Shown here one piece after another: positions 29,522-38,343 of a stretch of 64,000 nucleotides of DNA (the stretch's first letter is position 1; each line of letters opens with the position of its first letter). A program made the position numbers and the translations under genes. The DNA is from an uncultured Cryomorphaceae bacterium. GTDB lineage: Bacteria > Bacteroidota > Bacteroidia > Flavobacteriales > UBA7430. The notes under the pieces are model-generated. The model saw only the letters and a list, made by a program, of their open reading frames with translations. It was not told where the DNA came from and made no database searches. The stretch is from the NCBI GenBank assembly GCA_964516765.1, contig CAZEWZ010000001.1, positions 72,755-136,754 on the forward strand, read 5' to 3'.

Positions 29522-30733
29522 ATGAGTAAACCTGAAATTTTAAGTTTTTTGAATGAGGAGTTTCCAATGACCCAACCCGAAGTTCTAGAGCTATCTAACA
29601 ATAGTCAGTCTTTGTTTATCGGAATCCCTAAAGAAAGAGCTTTTCAAGAAAAGAGAGTTCCTCTTGTTCCAGAGGCTGTCGGACTTTTAGTTAGTAATGG
29701 ACATCGAGTTCATGTTGAGGAAGGAGCTGGAATAGCAAGTTTTTTTACAGACAAAGAATATAGCGATGCTGGAGCCAAAATTTGCATAAATGTCAAAGAG
29801 GTTTTCGAAGCAGATATTATTCTTAAGGTAGTTCCTCCCTCAAAGAAAGAATTAGAATATTTGAAATATAATCAGTGTCTTATTTCTGCTCTGCAATTAA
29901 AAACACAGACAAGTGATTATTTCAAAAAGCTTATGGAGAAAAAAGTAACTGCTGTTGCTTTTGATTATATTCAAGATGAATCAAATTCTTTTCCTATTGT
30001 CCAGTCAATGAGTGAAATTGCTGGAAGTTCTTCTATTTTAATCGCCTCTGAATTACTCAATACAACTGTAGGAGGGAAGGGAGTATTAATGGGGGGGATT
30101 CCAGGTGTAAGTCCTACTCAGGTTGTTATTATTGGTGCAGGAACAGTGGCTGAATATGCATCTAGAACTGCCATGGCATTGGGTGCTTCTGTTAAAGTAT
30201 TCGATAATTCAATCGCCAGATTACGGCGTTTACAAAATGATTTACACCTACCTGTTGCTACTTCAATTTTACAACCAAAGGTTTTAGAAAAAGCCCTGAG
30301 AAGAGCAGATGTTGCTATTGGTGCGCTTAGAGCTAAAGAAGGGCGCACTCCATGTGTTATTTCTGATGAAATGGTTCAGATGATGAAGCCTAAGTCTGTC
30401 ATTGTTGATGTAAGTATTGACCAGGGAGGTTGTTTTGAGACTTCGGAGGTGACAACTCATGAAACTCCTATTTTTACAAAACACGAAGTGATTCATTATT
30501 GTGTGCCAAACATTGCCTCTAGAGTATCCAAAACTGCTTCTTTTTCATTAAGCAATATTCTAGCTCCTCTGCTACTTAAAGTAGGGAATAGAGGCGGTGT
30601 AAAGGGAATGTTGCTCCGATCTCCCCATATAAGAGGTGGGGTATATGTATATAATGGGATTCTAACAAAAAAAGGAATCGGTAATTGGTTTGATTTACCT
30701 TCAAAAGAAATTAGACTACTTTTGGGTAATTAA
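29522..30733 (+). CDS. Alanine dehydrogenase / PNT family NAD-binding protein
   Basis: 403 aa. Has the IPKE....E.RV start, the Rossmann loop VIIGAGTVAEYA and the DVSIDQGG motif. Confidence 0.78.
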   Translation: MSKPEILSFLNEEFPMTQPEVLELSNNSQSLFIGIPKERAFQEKRVPLVPEAVGLLVSNGHRVHVEEGAGIASFFTDKEYSDAGAKICINVKEVFEADIILKVVPPSKKELEYLKYNQCLISALQLKTQTSDYFKKLMEKKVTAVAFDYIQDESNSFPIVQSMSEIAGSSSILIASELLNTTVGGKGVLMGGIPGVSPTQVVIIGAGTVAEYASRTAMALGASVKVFDNSIARLRRLQNDLHLPVATSILQPKVLEKALRRADVAIGALRAKEGRTPCVISDEMVQMMKPKSVIVDVSIDQGGCFETSEVTTHETPIFTKHEVIHYCVPNIASRVSKTASFSLSNILAPLLLKVGNRGGVKGMLLRSPHIRGGVYVYNGILTKKGIGNWFDLPSKEIRLLLGN

Positions 30734-30753
30734 CAATTTAATTTTTTTCAAGC

Positions 30754-31134
30754 TTGCTTAGACGTTTTTTTATTTATTTCATAGGAGTAGGTCTAGGAGT
30801 AATGATTTCCTTATTTTTTTTTGGAAATAGAGAAATAGATTTTTCATATTTCCCCAACGCCCGAACTTTAAAACATTTACGAAATCAAAATTTTGTCATA
30901 TCCCCTACTGCCAAATGTCATTTGGATTCTATGGGAATGAATGCAGATCGTTTTATAGAGTTATTTCAAAAAGAACCTTTGGATGTAGATTTTAGAGCAA
31001 GTGACATTCGGCGTCTTTGTCCAAAATATTTAATAGAGGTAGAAAATCAGATTTTTAGTTCTTTTATTATTTCAGATTGCGATAGTCTTACTACTTTAAG
31101 TTCTTTAGATGACCTAGATTTTTTTTGTCCTTAA
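30754..31134 (+). CDS. Hypothetical membrane-anchored protein
   Basis: 126 aa with a single N-terminal TM helix. I do not recognise the family. The start is non-ATG. Confidence 0.4.
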   Translation: MLRRFFIYFIGVGLGVMISLFFFGNREIDFSYFPNARTLKHLRNQNFVISPTAKCHLDSMGMNADRFIELFQKEPLDVDFRASDIRRLCPKYLIEVENQIFSSFIISDCDSLTTLSSLDDLDFFCP

Positions 31135-31141
31135 TTTGGAT

Positions 31142-32323
31142 TTAGTCTCTTCTTTTTATTTCTTCTATTATCAATCCAAGTTCTCTTCCAGTTTGACCAG
31201 CTATAGAGGTGTTTTCTTCAGCTCTTCTTACCAAATATGGAAGCACTTCTTTCACAGGACCATATGGAACATATTTAACGGTATTGAATCCCTTATTTGC
31301 TAGATTAAAGCTAATATGATCACTCATACCCAAAAGTTGTGCAAAATATACCTTGGGACTATTCTTTTTAATATTGTATTTCTTCATCAGATGAACAAGA
31401 AGTAAAGAGCTTACTTCATTGTGAGATCCTGCACAAATAGAAATACCATGAATATGTTCACAGGCATATTCTAATGCAAGATTAAAATCTTTATCTGTAG
31501 TCTCTTTACTTTGATGGATAGGACTTTTATATCCTCTATTTTTTGCTCTCTCTCTCTCTTTTTCCATATAAGCACCTCGAACAAATTTGATACCTAAAAA
31601 ATATCCATTCTTAATAGAGTTCCTATGTAGTTCTTTGAGGTAATTTAGTCGATCATGTCGGTAAAATTGACATGTAGTATATACTATAGCTTGTTCTTTG
31701 TTATACAACTTCATTAGGTCAAGAGTCATTTGATCGATGGTGTCTTGTATCCAACTTTCTTCAGCATCAATCATCACAGGAATTTTATGAAGATGGGCTT
31801 TTTTGCAGATTTTATCCATGCGATGAAGTATGCGAGTAAATTCTTCCTGTTCTATATTACAAAGTTCTTTACCTGAATTACTTTTTTCAAGTAGTTGAGC
31901 TCGTCCAATCCCAGTACATTTGAAAACTACAAAAGGAATATGATTATTATTCTTTGCAAGATCTAAAGTGATTAGAACCTCATTCATCGTCCGTTTAAAA
32001 TCTACTTCAGTAGCCTTTCCTTCCACAGAATAATCTAGAATAGATTTAACATTATAATTAGACAATGACAGTATCGTTTGAGAACATTCGTTTAAATTTT
32101 CTCCTCCACAAAACTGTTGAAAGACCGTTTTTTTTATAATGCCTGAAATAGGGAGATGTAATTTTAATGCAATTTCAGATATCTGAGCTCCTAATTTAGC
32201 AAGACTACTATTACCCATGATCTTAAAGAGATAATATGCTTTGCGAAGTTGAAATTTTGACTTCGATTGAAAAGCAATTTCTGTATTGTTAAAGGAGAGC
32301 ATAGGATTATATTTGTTGACCAA
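31142..32323 (-). CDS. Proline dehydrogenase family protein
   Basis: 393 aa. The TIM-barrel PutA-like PRODH core (DAEES, AQLLGMSD, VPYGP..E..PYL.RRA.EN) is recognisable. Confidence 0.8.
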   Translation of the reverse strand: MVNKYNPMLSFNNTEIAFQSKSKFQLRKAYYLFKIMGNSSLAKLGAQISEIALKLHLPISGIIKKTVFQQFCGGENLNECSQTILSLSNYNVKSILDYSVEGKATEVDFKRTMNEVLITLDLAKNNNHIPFVVFKCTGIGRAQLLEKSNSGKELCNIEQEEFTRILHRMDKICKKAHLHKIPVMIDAEESWIQDTIDQMTLDLMKLYNKEQAIVYTTCQFYRHDRLNYLKELHRNSIKNGYFLGIKFVRGAYMEKERERAKNRGYKSPIHQSKETTDKDFNLALEYACEHIHGISICAGSHNEVSSLLLVHLMKKYNIKKNSPKVYFAQLLGMSDHISFNLANKGFNTVKYVPYGPVKEVLPYLVRRAEENTSIAGQTGRELGLIIEEIKRRD

Positions 32324-32502
32324 ATATATGAAATAATGATCTATTTTGGTAAGATGATTTGATTCTAATTAGAGCTTAAATTTTTAGTATTTGTTTACTT
32401 TAATTTCAATTGTAGATAAATTTTTATTGAAAGAAATACCATTAATACAGGTATATTTCCACGAATATTTATCTTTGCTTTATCTTTTATTAAAAGAATA
32501 TT

Positions 32503-33579
32503 TTGAAGGAAATTCAATCTGATACATACTCTATTTATATTGGAGACAAAGTTTTGTACGAGTTTAATTCCATTTTGGAGAACTTTCAAGATGAGTATTC
32601 AAAAATTTTCATATTCTGTGATGAAAATTCCTCAAAATATTGCCTTCCCCACCTTATTGGATTAGTTCCTATGCTGATTGGTGCAGAAATTATCGAGATT
32701 GAATCTGGAGAGCAAAGCAAAACACTATCCATTTGCAATGATGTTTGGAAAACTATAAGTGAATCTCAAGCAGATCGAAAATCTATTGTGGTTAATCTTG
32801 GTGGAGGTGTAGTCTGCGATATGGGGGGATTTATTGCTTCTCTTTATAAAAGAGGCCTTCGTTTTTTTCATATTCCAACCACTTTTTTGTCTCAAGTTGA
32901 TGCCTCAGTGGGAGGTAAGCTAGGGGTAGACTTAGATGGAAATAAAAATCAGATTGGATTGTATAGAAATCCAGACCTCGTAATCATTGATCCTATATTT
33001 TTAGAAACTTTACCCGCAAGACATTTTATAAGTGGATGGGCAGAGGTTTTTAAACATGCATTGATTGCAGATGATGAATATTGGAGATTTTTGACTCAAT
33101 TAAACCTCGATAATATCTCTGATATAGAGGCTGTTTTATACCAATCTATCTTTATTAAGAATAAGATTGTTATGGAAGATTGGGAGGAAAAAGGACCTCG
33201 TAAAATGTTGAACTTTGGCCACACTGTTGGTCATGCTCTAGAAAGTCAATCTTTGAAGAAAAATCGTGATTTATTGCATGGAGAAGCCATTGCAATGGGG
33301 ATGGTTGTAGAAACAATTCTTTCTGAATCTAGTGGTTTACTTTTTATTGATGAATGTCATGAAATACTTGAAAAATTGGCAGAAGTTTTTCCCTTAGAAA
33401 AAATTGATATGCTTGAATTCTCTGATTTGTTAAAATGGATGCAGCAAGACAAGAAAAATATCGATAGCCAGATAAATTTTACTTTATTGTCATCTATAGG
33501 AAAAGCCAAAATAAACGCAAGCACTTCTTTAAATGAAATTGAAGATGCCTTGAACAAATATAATTTGTTTTTGTCTTGA
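32503..33579 (+). CDS. aroB: 3-dehydroquinate synthase
   Basis: 358 aa. Has GGGVVCDMGGFIAS, VDASVGGK and the HTVGHALE metal site. TTG start. Confidence 0.9.
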   Translation: MKEIQSDTYSIYIGDKVLYEFNSILENFQDEYSKIFIFCDENSSKYCLPHLIGLVPMLIGAEIIEIESGEQSKTLSICNDVWKTISESQADRKSIVVNLGGGVVCDMGGFIASLYKRGLRFFHIPTTFLSQVDASVGGKLGVDLDGNKNQIGLYRNPDLVIIDPIFLETLPARHFISGWAEVFKHALIADDEYWRFLTQLNLDNISDIEAVLYQSIFIKNKIVMEDWEEKGPRKMLNFGHTVGHALESQSLKKNRDLLHGEAIAMGMVVETILSESSGLLFIDECHEILEKLAEVFPLEKIDMLEFSDLLKWMQQDKKNIDSQINFTLLSSIGKAKINASTSLNEIEDALNKYNLFLS

Positions 33580-34817
33580 AAGCTCATTTGAAAATCAATC
33601 AAAATAACTTTAATACTTCATTGAATATTTCTGGTTCAAAAAGTATTTCTAATCGACTTTTAATTTTTCAAGCATTATCGGACTCTCATGAACTAATAGA
33701 AAATATATCTACTTCTAATGATACGATAGTCCTTCAAGATGCAATCAAATCTAATGCTGTAAACATTGATGTTGGAGATGCGGGAACCGCCTTTCGTTTT
33801 TTGACCTCGTATTTTTCTGTTCAAACAAAAACAATTATTCTGACCGGTTCTTCCCGAATGAAGAAAAGACCCATCAAAGATTTGGTCGATGCCTTGCGAC
33901 TTTTGGGTGCCGACATTAATTATCTTGAGCAAGACGGATATCCCCCTCTTAAAATTATTGGTAGTAAGATTAAAGGAGGAAAGGTGTCCATTGATACAAG
34001 AGTTTCAAGTCAGTTTGTTTCTTCGCTACTAATGATTGCTCCAATTCTTAAGAATGGAATATATTTGCAATTAGTTGGTCCGGTCCTTTCCGCTCCATAT
34101 ATTCAGATGACCTTAGATTTGATGCGTGATTATGGCATAGAAAGTTCTTGGAAGGGAAACCTTATTCGTGTGCCTTCAGGAGAATATATCTCTAAATCTT
34201 ATCATGTGGAGCCTGATTGGTCATCGATTTCTTATCTATTTGAATTGGTAGCTCTTAGTGATGGCGGAAGAATATGCGTAGAAAATGTAGACCCAGAATC
34301 AATTCAAGGTGATCAGATAATTTGTGAGTTATTTGGTTACTTTGGTGTGGGTCATTCTATTAAAAATAGACAGCTTTGTATTTTTAAAGAAGAATTTTTT
34401 AAAATGCCATCATTTCTAGAATTTGACTGTTCTTATTATCCCGATTTAGCTCAAACAATTGCCGTGACTGCTGCTGGTATGGGAGTTCATGTCAAAATTA
34501 AAGGCTTATATAATCTTCCCTTCAAAGAAACAAATCGCCTAAATGCTATTAAGAAAGAGTTAGAGAAGATAGGTGTACAAGTGAATATTGAAGATGAAAA
34601 TAGCCTGGAGATAATTCCTAGCGATTCACCTTTCCCTTTCGAATTATTTTTCGATTCTCATGGAGACCATCGTATGGCTATGGCTCTTGCACCATTAGCT
34701 TTGAAAATAAAAGACATCTGGATTGAAGATGTTGAGGTCATAAAAAAGTCCTACAAAAATTTCTTAGAAGATTTGAAACGATTGTCATATGAAGTAAATT
34801 TGTTCCCAAATAAATAG
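33576..34817 (+). CDS. aroA: 3-phosphoshikimate 1-carboxyvinyltransferase (EPSP synthase)
   Basis: 413 aa. Has GSKSISNR, GDAGTAFRF and DHRMAMA motifs. It overlaps the aroB stop by 4 nt. Confidence 0.9.
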   Translation: MKAHLKINQNNFNTSLNISGSKSISNRLLIFQALSDSHELIENISTSNDTIVLQDAIKSNAVNIDVGDAGTAFRFLTSYFSVQTKTIILTGSSRMKKRPIKDLVDALRLLGADINYLEQDGYPPLKIIGSKIKGGKVSIDTRVSSQFVSSLLMIAPILKNGIYLQLVGPVLSAPYIQMTLDLMRDYGIESSWKGNLIRVPSGEYISKSYHVEPDWSSISYLFELVALSDGGRICVENVDPESIQGDQIICELFGYFGVGHSIKNRQLCIFKEEFFKMPSFLEFDCSYYPDLAQTIAVTAAGMGVHVKIKGLYNLPFKETNRLNAIKKELEKIGVQVNIEDENSLEIIPSDSPFPFELFFDSHGDHRMAMALAPLALKIKDIWIEDVEVIKKSYKNFLEDLKRLSYEVNLFPNK

Positions 34818-34822
34818 CTCTT

Positions 34823-35386
34823 ATGAATTTTAACGACACACTTACAATTACATTAACTCTTTTTGCCGTAATAGATATTCTTGGCTCTATTCCAATTATT
34901 TTGTCTCTGAAAGCTAAAATGGGTCATTTAGAATCTGGAAAGGCAACTATCGTTGCCGGTATTTTAATGATTGTCTTCCTTTTTGTTGGAGAGCAGTTAT
35001 TAGCTCTCATCGGAATAGATGTAGCATCCTTTGCCCTAGCTGGGGCATTTGTAATTTTTCTTCTAGCATTAGAAATGATTCTAAATATAGAGTTATTTAA
35101 AAGTGATAATAATGACACCTCAGGTAGTATCGTTCCAATTGCTTTTCCTTTAATTGCTGGATCAGGAACATTAACTACTTTGATATCTTTACGTTCTTCA
35201 TATTCTTTCAATGAAATTGTAGTAGGTGTCATCTTAAACCTAATTTTTGTATATCTGATTTTAAAGTCCACGGGAAAAATAGAGCGTTTGCTTGGGAAAG
35301 GTGGAATCAATGTGTTAAGGAGAGTTTTTGGAATTATTCTTTTAGCCATTGCCATTAAGTTGACTAAACATCATATTGACTTTTAG
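34823..35386 (+). CDS. MarC family (UPF0056) membrane protein
   Basis: 187 aa with 6 TM helices. The N-terminal FAVIDILGSIPI motif is typical of MarC. Confidence 0.82.
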   Translation: MNFNDTLTITLTLFAVIDILGSIPIILSLKAKMGHLESGKATIVAGILMIVFLFVGEQLLALIGIDVASFALAGAFVIFLLALEMILNIELFKSDNNDTSGSIVPIAFPLIAGSGTLTTLISLRSSYSFNEIVVGVILNLIFVYLILKSTGKIERLLGKGGINVLRRVFGIILLAIAIKLTKHHIDF

Positions 35387-35480
35387 TCACTCTACTTTAA
35401 GTAAATATTTATTTAGGAAGAAAAATGCTAAAATATGGAGACATCTATAACGCATATTGTGTCCAAGTAAGTGATTTAGT

Positions 35481-36221
35481 TTAAAACGCTCGAATAGGCC
35501 GAACTCTATTTTCACTGTTTTTGTAGTCTGGAACTATTTCGCCATCATTAAAATAGACAGCAAAAGCAGAAGAAGCTTCACTTTGAGAGGAAGACCAATA
35601 AAAGTTGTTGGCGAAATCTCCAATATTTTCCTCACTTCCTTGAGCGATATTTGTATACATCAGTAATAATTCTAGTTGGGAGGGTAGATACCAATCTGAG
35701 TTTTGTTGGTACTCGTAGTCCAAGCATTTTTGAGCGGCTGTGGGATTATCATTAAAAAAAGAGCTACAGCTATCATTCACCACATATAAACTGTTCTGAA
35801 ATCCAGAGCCTAGAGCAGTGCCATCAGCACCAACAACATATTGCTCATAGCATCCCCACTCGAAACTACCTAAATCTACTTTGCTCGATAGGAGTCCATG
35901 TATATTTGATTCATTCACATAAAAAACAATACCTCCTTGGATTGTGTCTCCGACTTGAATGAATACATTTCCTTCACAATCATATCCTTGGATAGGATAT
36001 TCACAAGATAAATCATCTATTTCAGCCACTTCATTAAAATTGCAGGCTTCAGAATCAATACAACCCTCTATTGTGAATATGCATGACTCATCATTTAGAG
36101 TTGCGGTCGGGTTATAATTTTCTGCTGAAGAATCCATGCAACCTTCGATAGGGTCGTCTTTGCAAGAGGATATCAAAAATATAAAGGCAATGAAAAAATA
36201 TAAAGTACTTCGCATGTTCAT
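35481..36221 (-). CDS. Lipoprotein with two short Cys-bracketed modules and a DUF1566-like C-terminal domain
   Basis: 246 aa with the lipobox LISSC. Two copies of GC.D..A.N(Y/F)N..A..(N/D)D.SC.(F/Y) are present. These are followed by WYLPS..EL and WSSS motifs characteristic of DUF1566. Confidence 0.68.
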   Translation of the reverse strand: MNMRSTLYFFIAFIFLISSCKDDPIEGCMDSSAENYNPTATLNDESCIFTIEGCIDSEACNFNEVAEIDDLSCEYPIQGYDCEGNVFIQVGDTIQGGIVFYVNESNIHGLLSSKVDLGSFEWGCYEQYVVGADGTALGSGFQNSLYVVNDSCSSFFNDNPTAAQKCLDYEYQQNSDWYLPSQLELLLMYTNIAQGSEENIGDFANNFYWSSSQSEASSAFAVYFNDGEIVPDYKNSENRVRPIRAF

Positions 36222-36291
36222 GATAAATTTATTTTAGTATTGAAATTTAAAATTATTTTTCTTCTTATAAGAATAATACTTTTAAAATTTA

Positions 36292-37053
36292 TTATTGAAT
36301 CGAAAGTAGAATACTTTCTTTTTGATTCCTAGAATAAAAACGAATGAAGTAAGTACCCTTTTCTAGATCAGATAAATCTAGAGGGGTTTCATTAAGGTTT
36401 TCTCCTTTAGAATAATTTAGAAATCCACTTTTTATGACCTTTCCTAAAATGCTCAATACCTCATAATTAGTTTCTCCATAAGCGTGTCGAACTCTTAATT
36501 TTCCAGATGTTGGATTTGGGAAGGCTGTAATTTTCATCTTTTCCTCTATAGGTTCGATTGTCATTTCATTGAGTTGATTTTCAATTGCTATACGTATTGG
36601 ATCAAAAGTGATATTTACATCGTTTTCATTGAATAAAATACGATGATTTAGTCCTCCTACGACTGTTACTTTTGGCATTCCATCTTCTCCATAATCACTC
36701 ATGCTAATGTCCTCAGAAGAAAAAGAAACATGGTTTTGCATATTATAGTCTTGCGCCCAATCACTAATATATGTACATGATGAATTAGCATAATCATCAA
36801 TCAGATAGAAATGTACTTTATTAGGATGACTTTCAGAAAATGAATGAGCTGCTAAATATGCGGGTTGGGTATAAATAGCGCACGGATTACAGGGCATTAC
36901 CCAGGCCATTACAATGATTGATCCCCCGTCTAATTCTGAAAATAAATGGTGTTCAATACCATCACAATCGCTGACAGTAAAATCTGTGGCTATATTTTGC
37001 CCAAAAGCAAGTATAGGAAAGATTAATAATAGGTAAAAGTAGATTTGTTTCAT
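36292..37053 (-). CDS. T9SS-sorted secreted protein with a thioredoxin-like CxxC N-terminal domain
   Basis: 253 aa with a signal peptide. Has a WVMPCNPC motif in a TlpA-like context. The C-terminal approximately 80 aa match the Por secretion tail pattern (AFPNPTSGKL...LDLSDLEKGTYFIRF). Confidence 0.72.
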   Translation of the reverse strand: MKQIYFYLLLIFPILAFGQNIATDFTVSDCDGIEHHLFSELDGGSIIVMAWVMPCNPCAIYTQPAYLAAHSFSESHPNKVHFYLIDDYANSSCTYISDWAQDYNMQNHVSFSSEDISMSDYGEDGMPKVTVVGGLNHRILFNENDVNITFDPIRIAIENQLNEMTIEPIEEKMKITAFPNPTSGKLRVRHAYGETNYEVLSILGKVIKSGFLNYSKGENLNETPLDLSDLEKGTYFIRFYSRNQKESILLSIQ

Positions 37054-37694
37054 GATTCAAAGGCATTAAAAAATTCAACTTTTCCGGATTCAACATCATA
37101 GATACTCCCAATCATTTCTATTTGCTTAGATGCGAGTAATTCTCGGATATCTTCGCTCTGTTTTGGGATTTCTTGAAGAACATGCTTTACATTTTGAATA
37201 GTTACAGAATAAATAAAGGACTCTTCCGTTTCATTTTTTTTGTTTTTTACTTTTTGGATAGCTGGATGTATTTTTTCTAATAATTGTGTAATATGTCCTG
37301 ATTCAATACCAGCACAGGCGCTATTGATTGCTCCACAAGCAGTATGGCCCATCACTACAATCAGCTTGGAACCTGCAAACTTAGTTGCATATTCAATGCT
37401 TCCAAGCACATCATCACTAACGCAGTTTCCAGCTACTCGAGCGTTAAATATATCACCAATTCCCTGATCAAAAACAATCTCTGATGGAACTCGAGAGTCT
37501 ATACAGCTGAGGACAACTGCGAATGGATATTGTCCCGACTTAGTCATTTCAATTTGCATTGCATAGTCTCTTTCAATTGGAGATGCATCAATAAAGCGCT
37601 GGTTGCCTTCTTTTAATATGTTTAGTGCTTTTTTGGCAGTCATAGTTGACAGAGAACCAGCGGTTTGAGTTTTAAATTTCATAGCGTATTTCAT
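37050..37694 (-). CDS. Beta-class carbonic anhydrase
   Basis: 214 aa. Has SCIDSRV and GHTACGA zinc-ligand motifs. Its stop overlaps the next gene's ATG (ATGA). Confidence 0.9.
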   Translation of the reverse strand: MKYAMKFKTQTAGSLSTMTAKKALNILKEGNQRFIDASPIERDYAMQIEMTKSGQYPFAVVLSCIDSRVPSEIVFDQGIGDIFNARVAGNCVSDDVLGSIEYATKFAGSKLIVVMGHTACGAINSACAGIESGHITQLLEKIHPAIQKVKNKKNETEESFIYSVTIQNVKHVLQEIPKQSEDIRELLASKQIEMIGSIYDVESGKVEFFNAFES

Positions 37695-37781
37695 TTAATA
37701 ATTATCTAAACCAAAGTGATACCTAGGTTCAGTAAATTGAGCTAAATCAACATTTATGCTGATATAATTAGAAAAGTATAG

Positions 37782-38066
37782 CTATGATAGCTCTGGAGGT
37801 GGTAAAGGTTGTCTCAGACAAATTCCGTAATTTATTGTGGTTTCTGATTGATGAATTTGGTTGTTTAAAAACAGATTATCAAGAAGCGAAATGAAAAAAG
37901 AACTTAATTGTTCAGATTCTACTTCATTAGGTTCTTCATTTTCTATTTCTACGAATTCGACTAAAGAATCATAGAATAGATAACTAATATTACCAGAATT
38001 CGATATTATTCCACTAAAAATAGTGCAAATGATTAAAAACAGAGAAAAAAAACATTTAAATTTCAT
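37782..38066 (-). CDS. Hypothetical small secreted or membrane protein
   Basis: 94 aa with a hydrophobic N-terminus and an acidic middle. I do not recognise the family. Confidence 0.35.
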   Translation of the reverse strand: MKFKCFFSLFLIICTIFSGIISNSGNISYLFYDSLVEFVEIENEEPNEVESEQLSSFFISLLDNLFLNNQIHQSETTINYGICLRQPLPPPELS

Positions 38067-38343
38067 ACTAAATTTTATGTCTATAAAATTAATTAAATCT
38101 TTTTATAAATTTATTTATTTAGACTTAAATCTATTAATCTTATTTAAAATGTTTTGATTCACAAATTTCTTTAATGACTCCATCAGATGAAACTCAACAC
38201 TAGGCATTATCCTAAATAGTCAAGTTAAAGAAAACTAATGCAGAGTGATGGAGCATATTTTTTTATTCTGTATCCATTACTTTATTGATGGTAGGAATAT
38301 TTATTTAAGCAAATTAGTGGAATAAAACAGTGATTTAAATACC

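Noticed and set aside
32395-32589. 64-aa minus-strand ORF
   Set aside because: It overlaps the aroB 5' end antisense and has a low-complexity composition.
34924-35355. 143-aa minus-strand ORF
   Set aside because: It is antisense to the MarC-family gene. Its sequence is basic and low in complexity, with no family resemblance.
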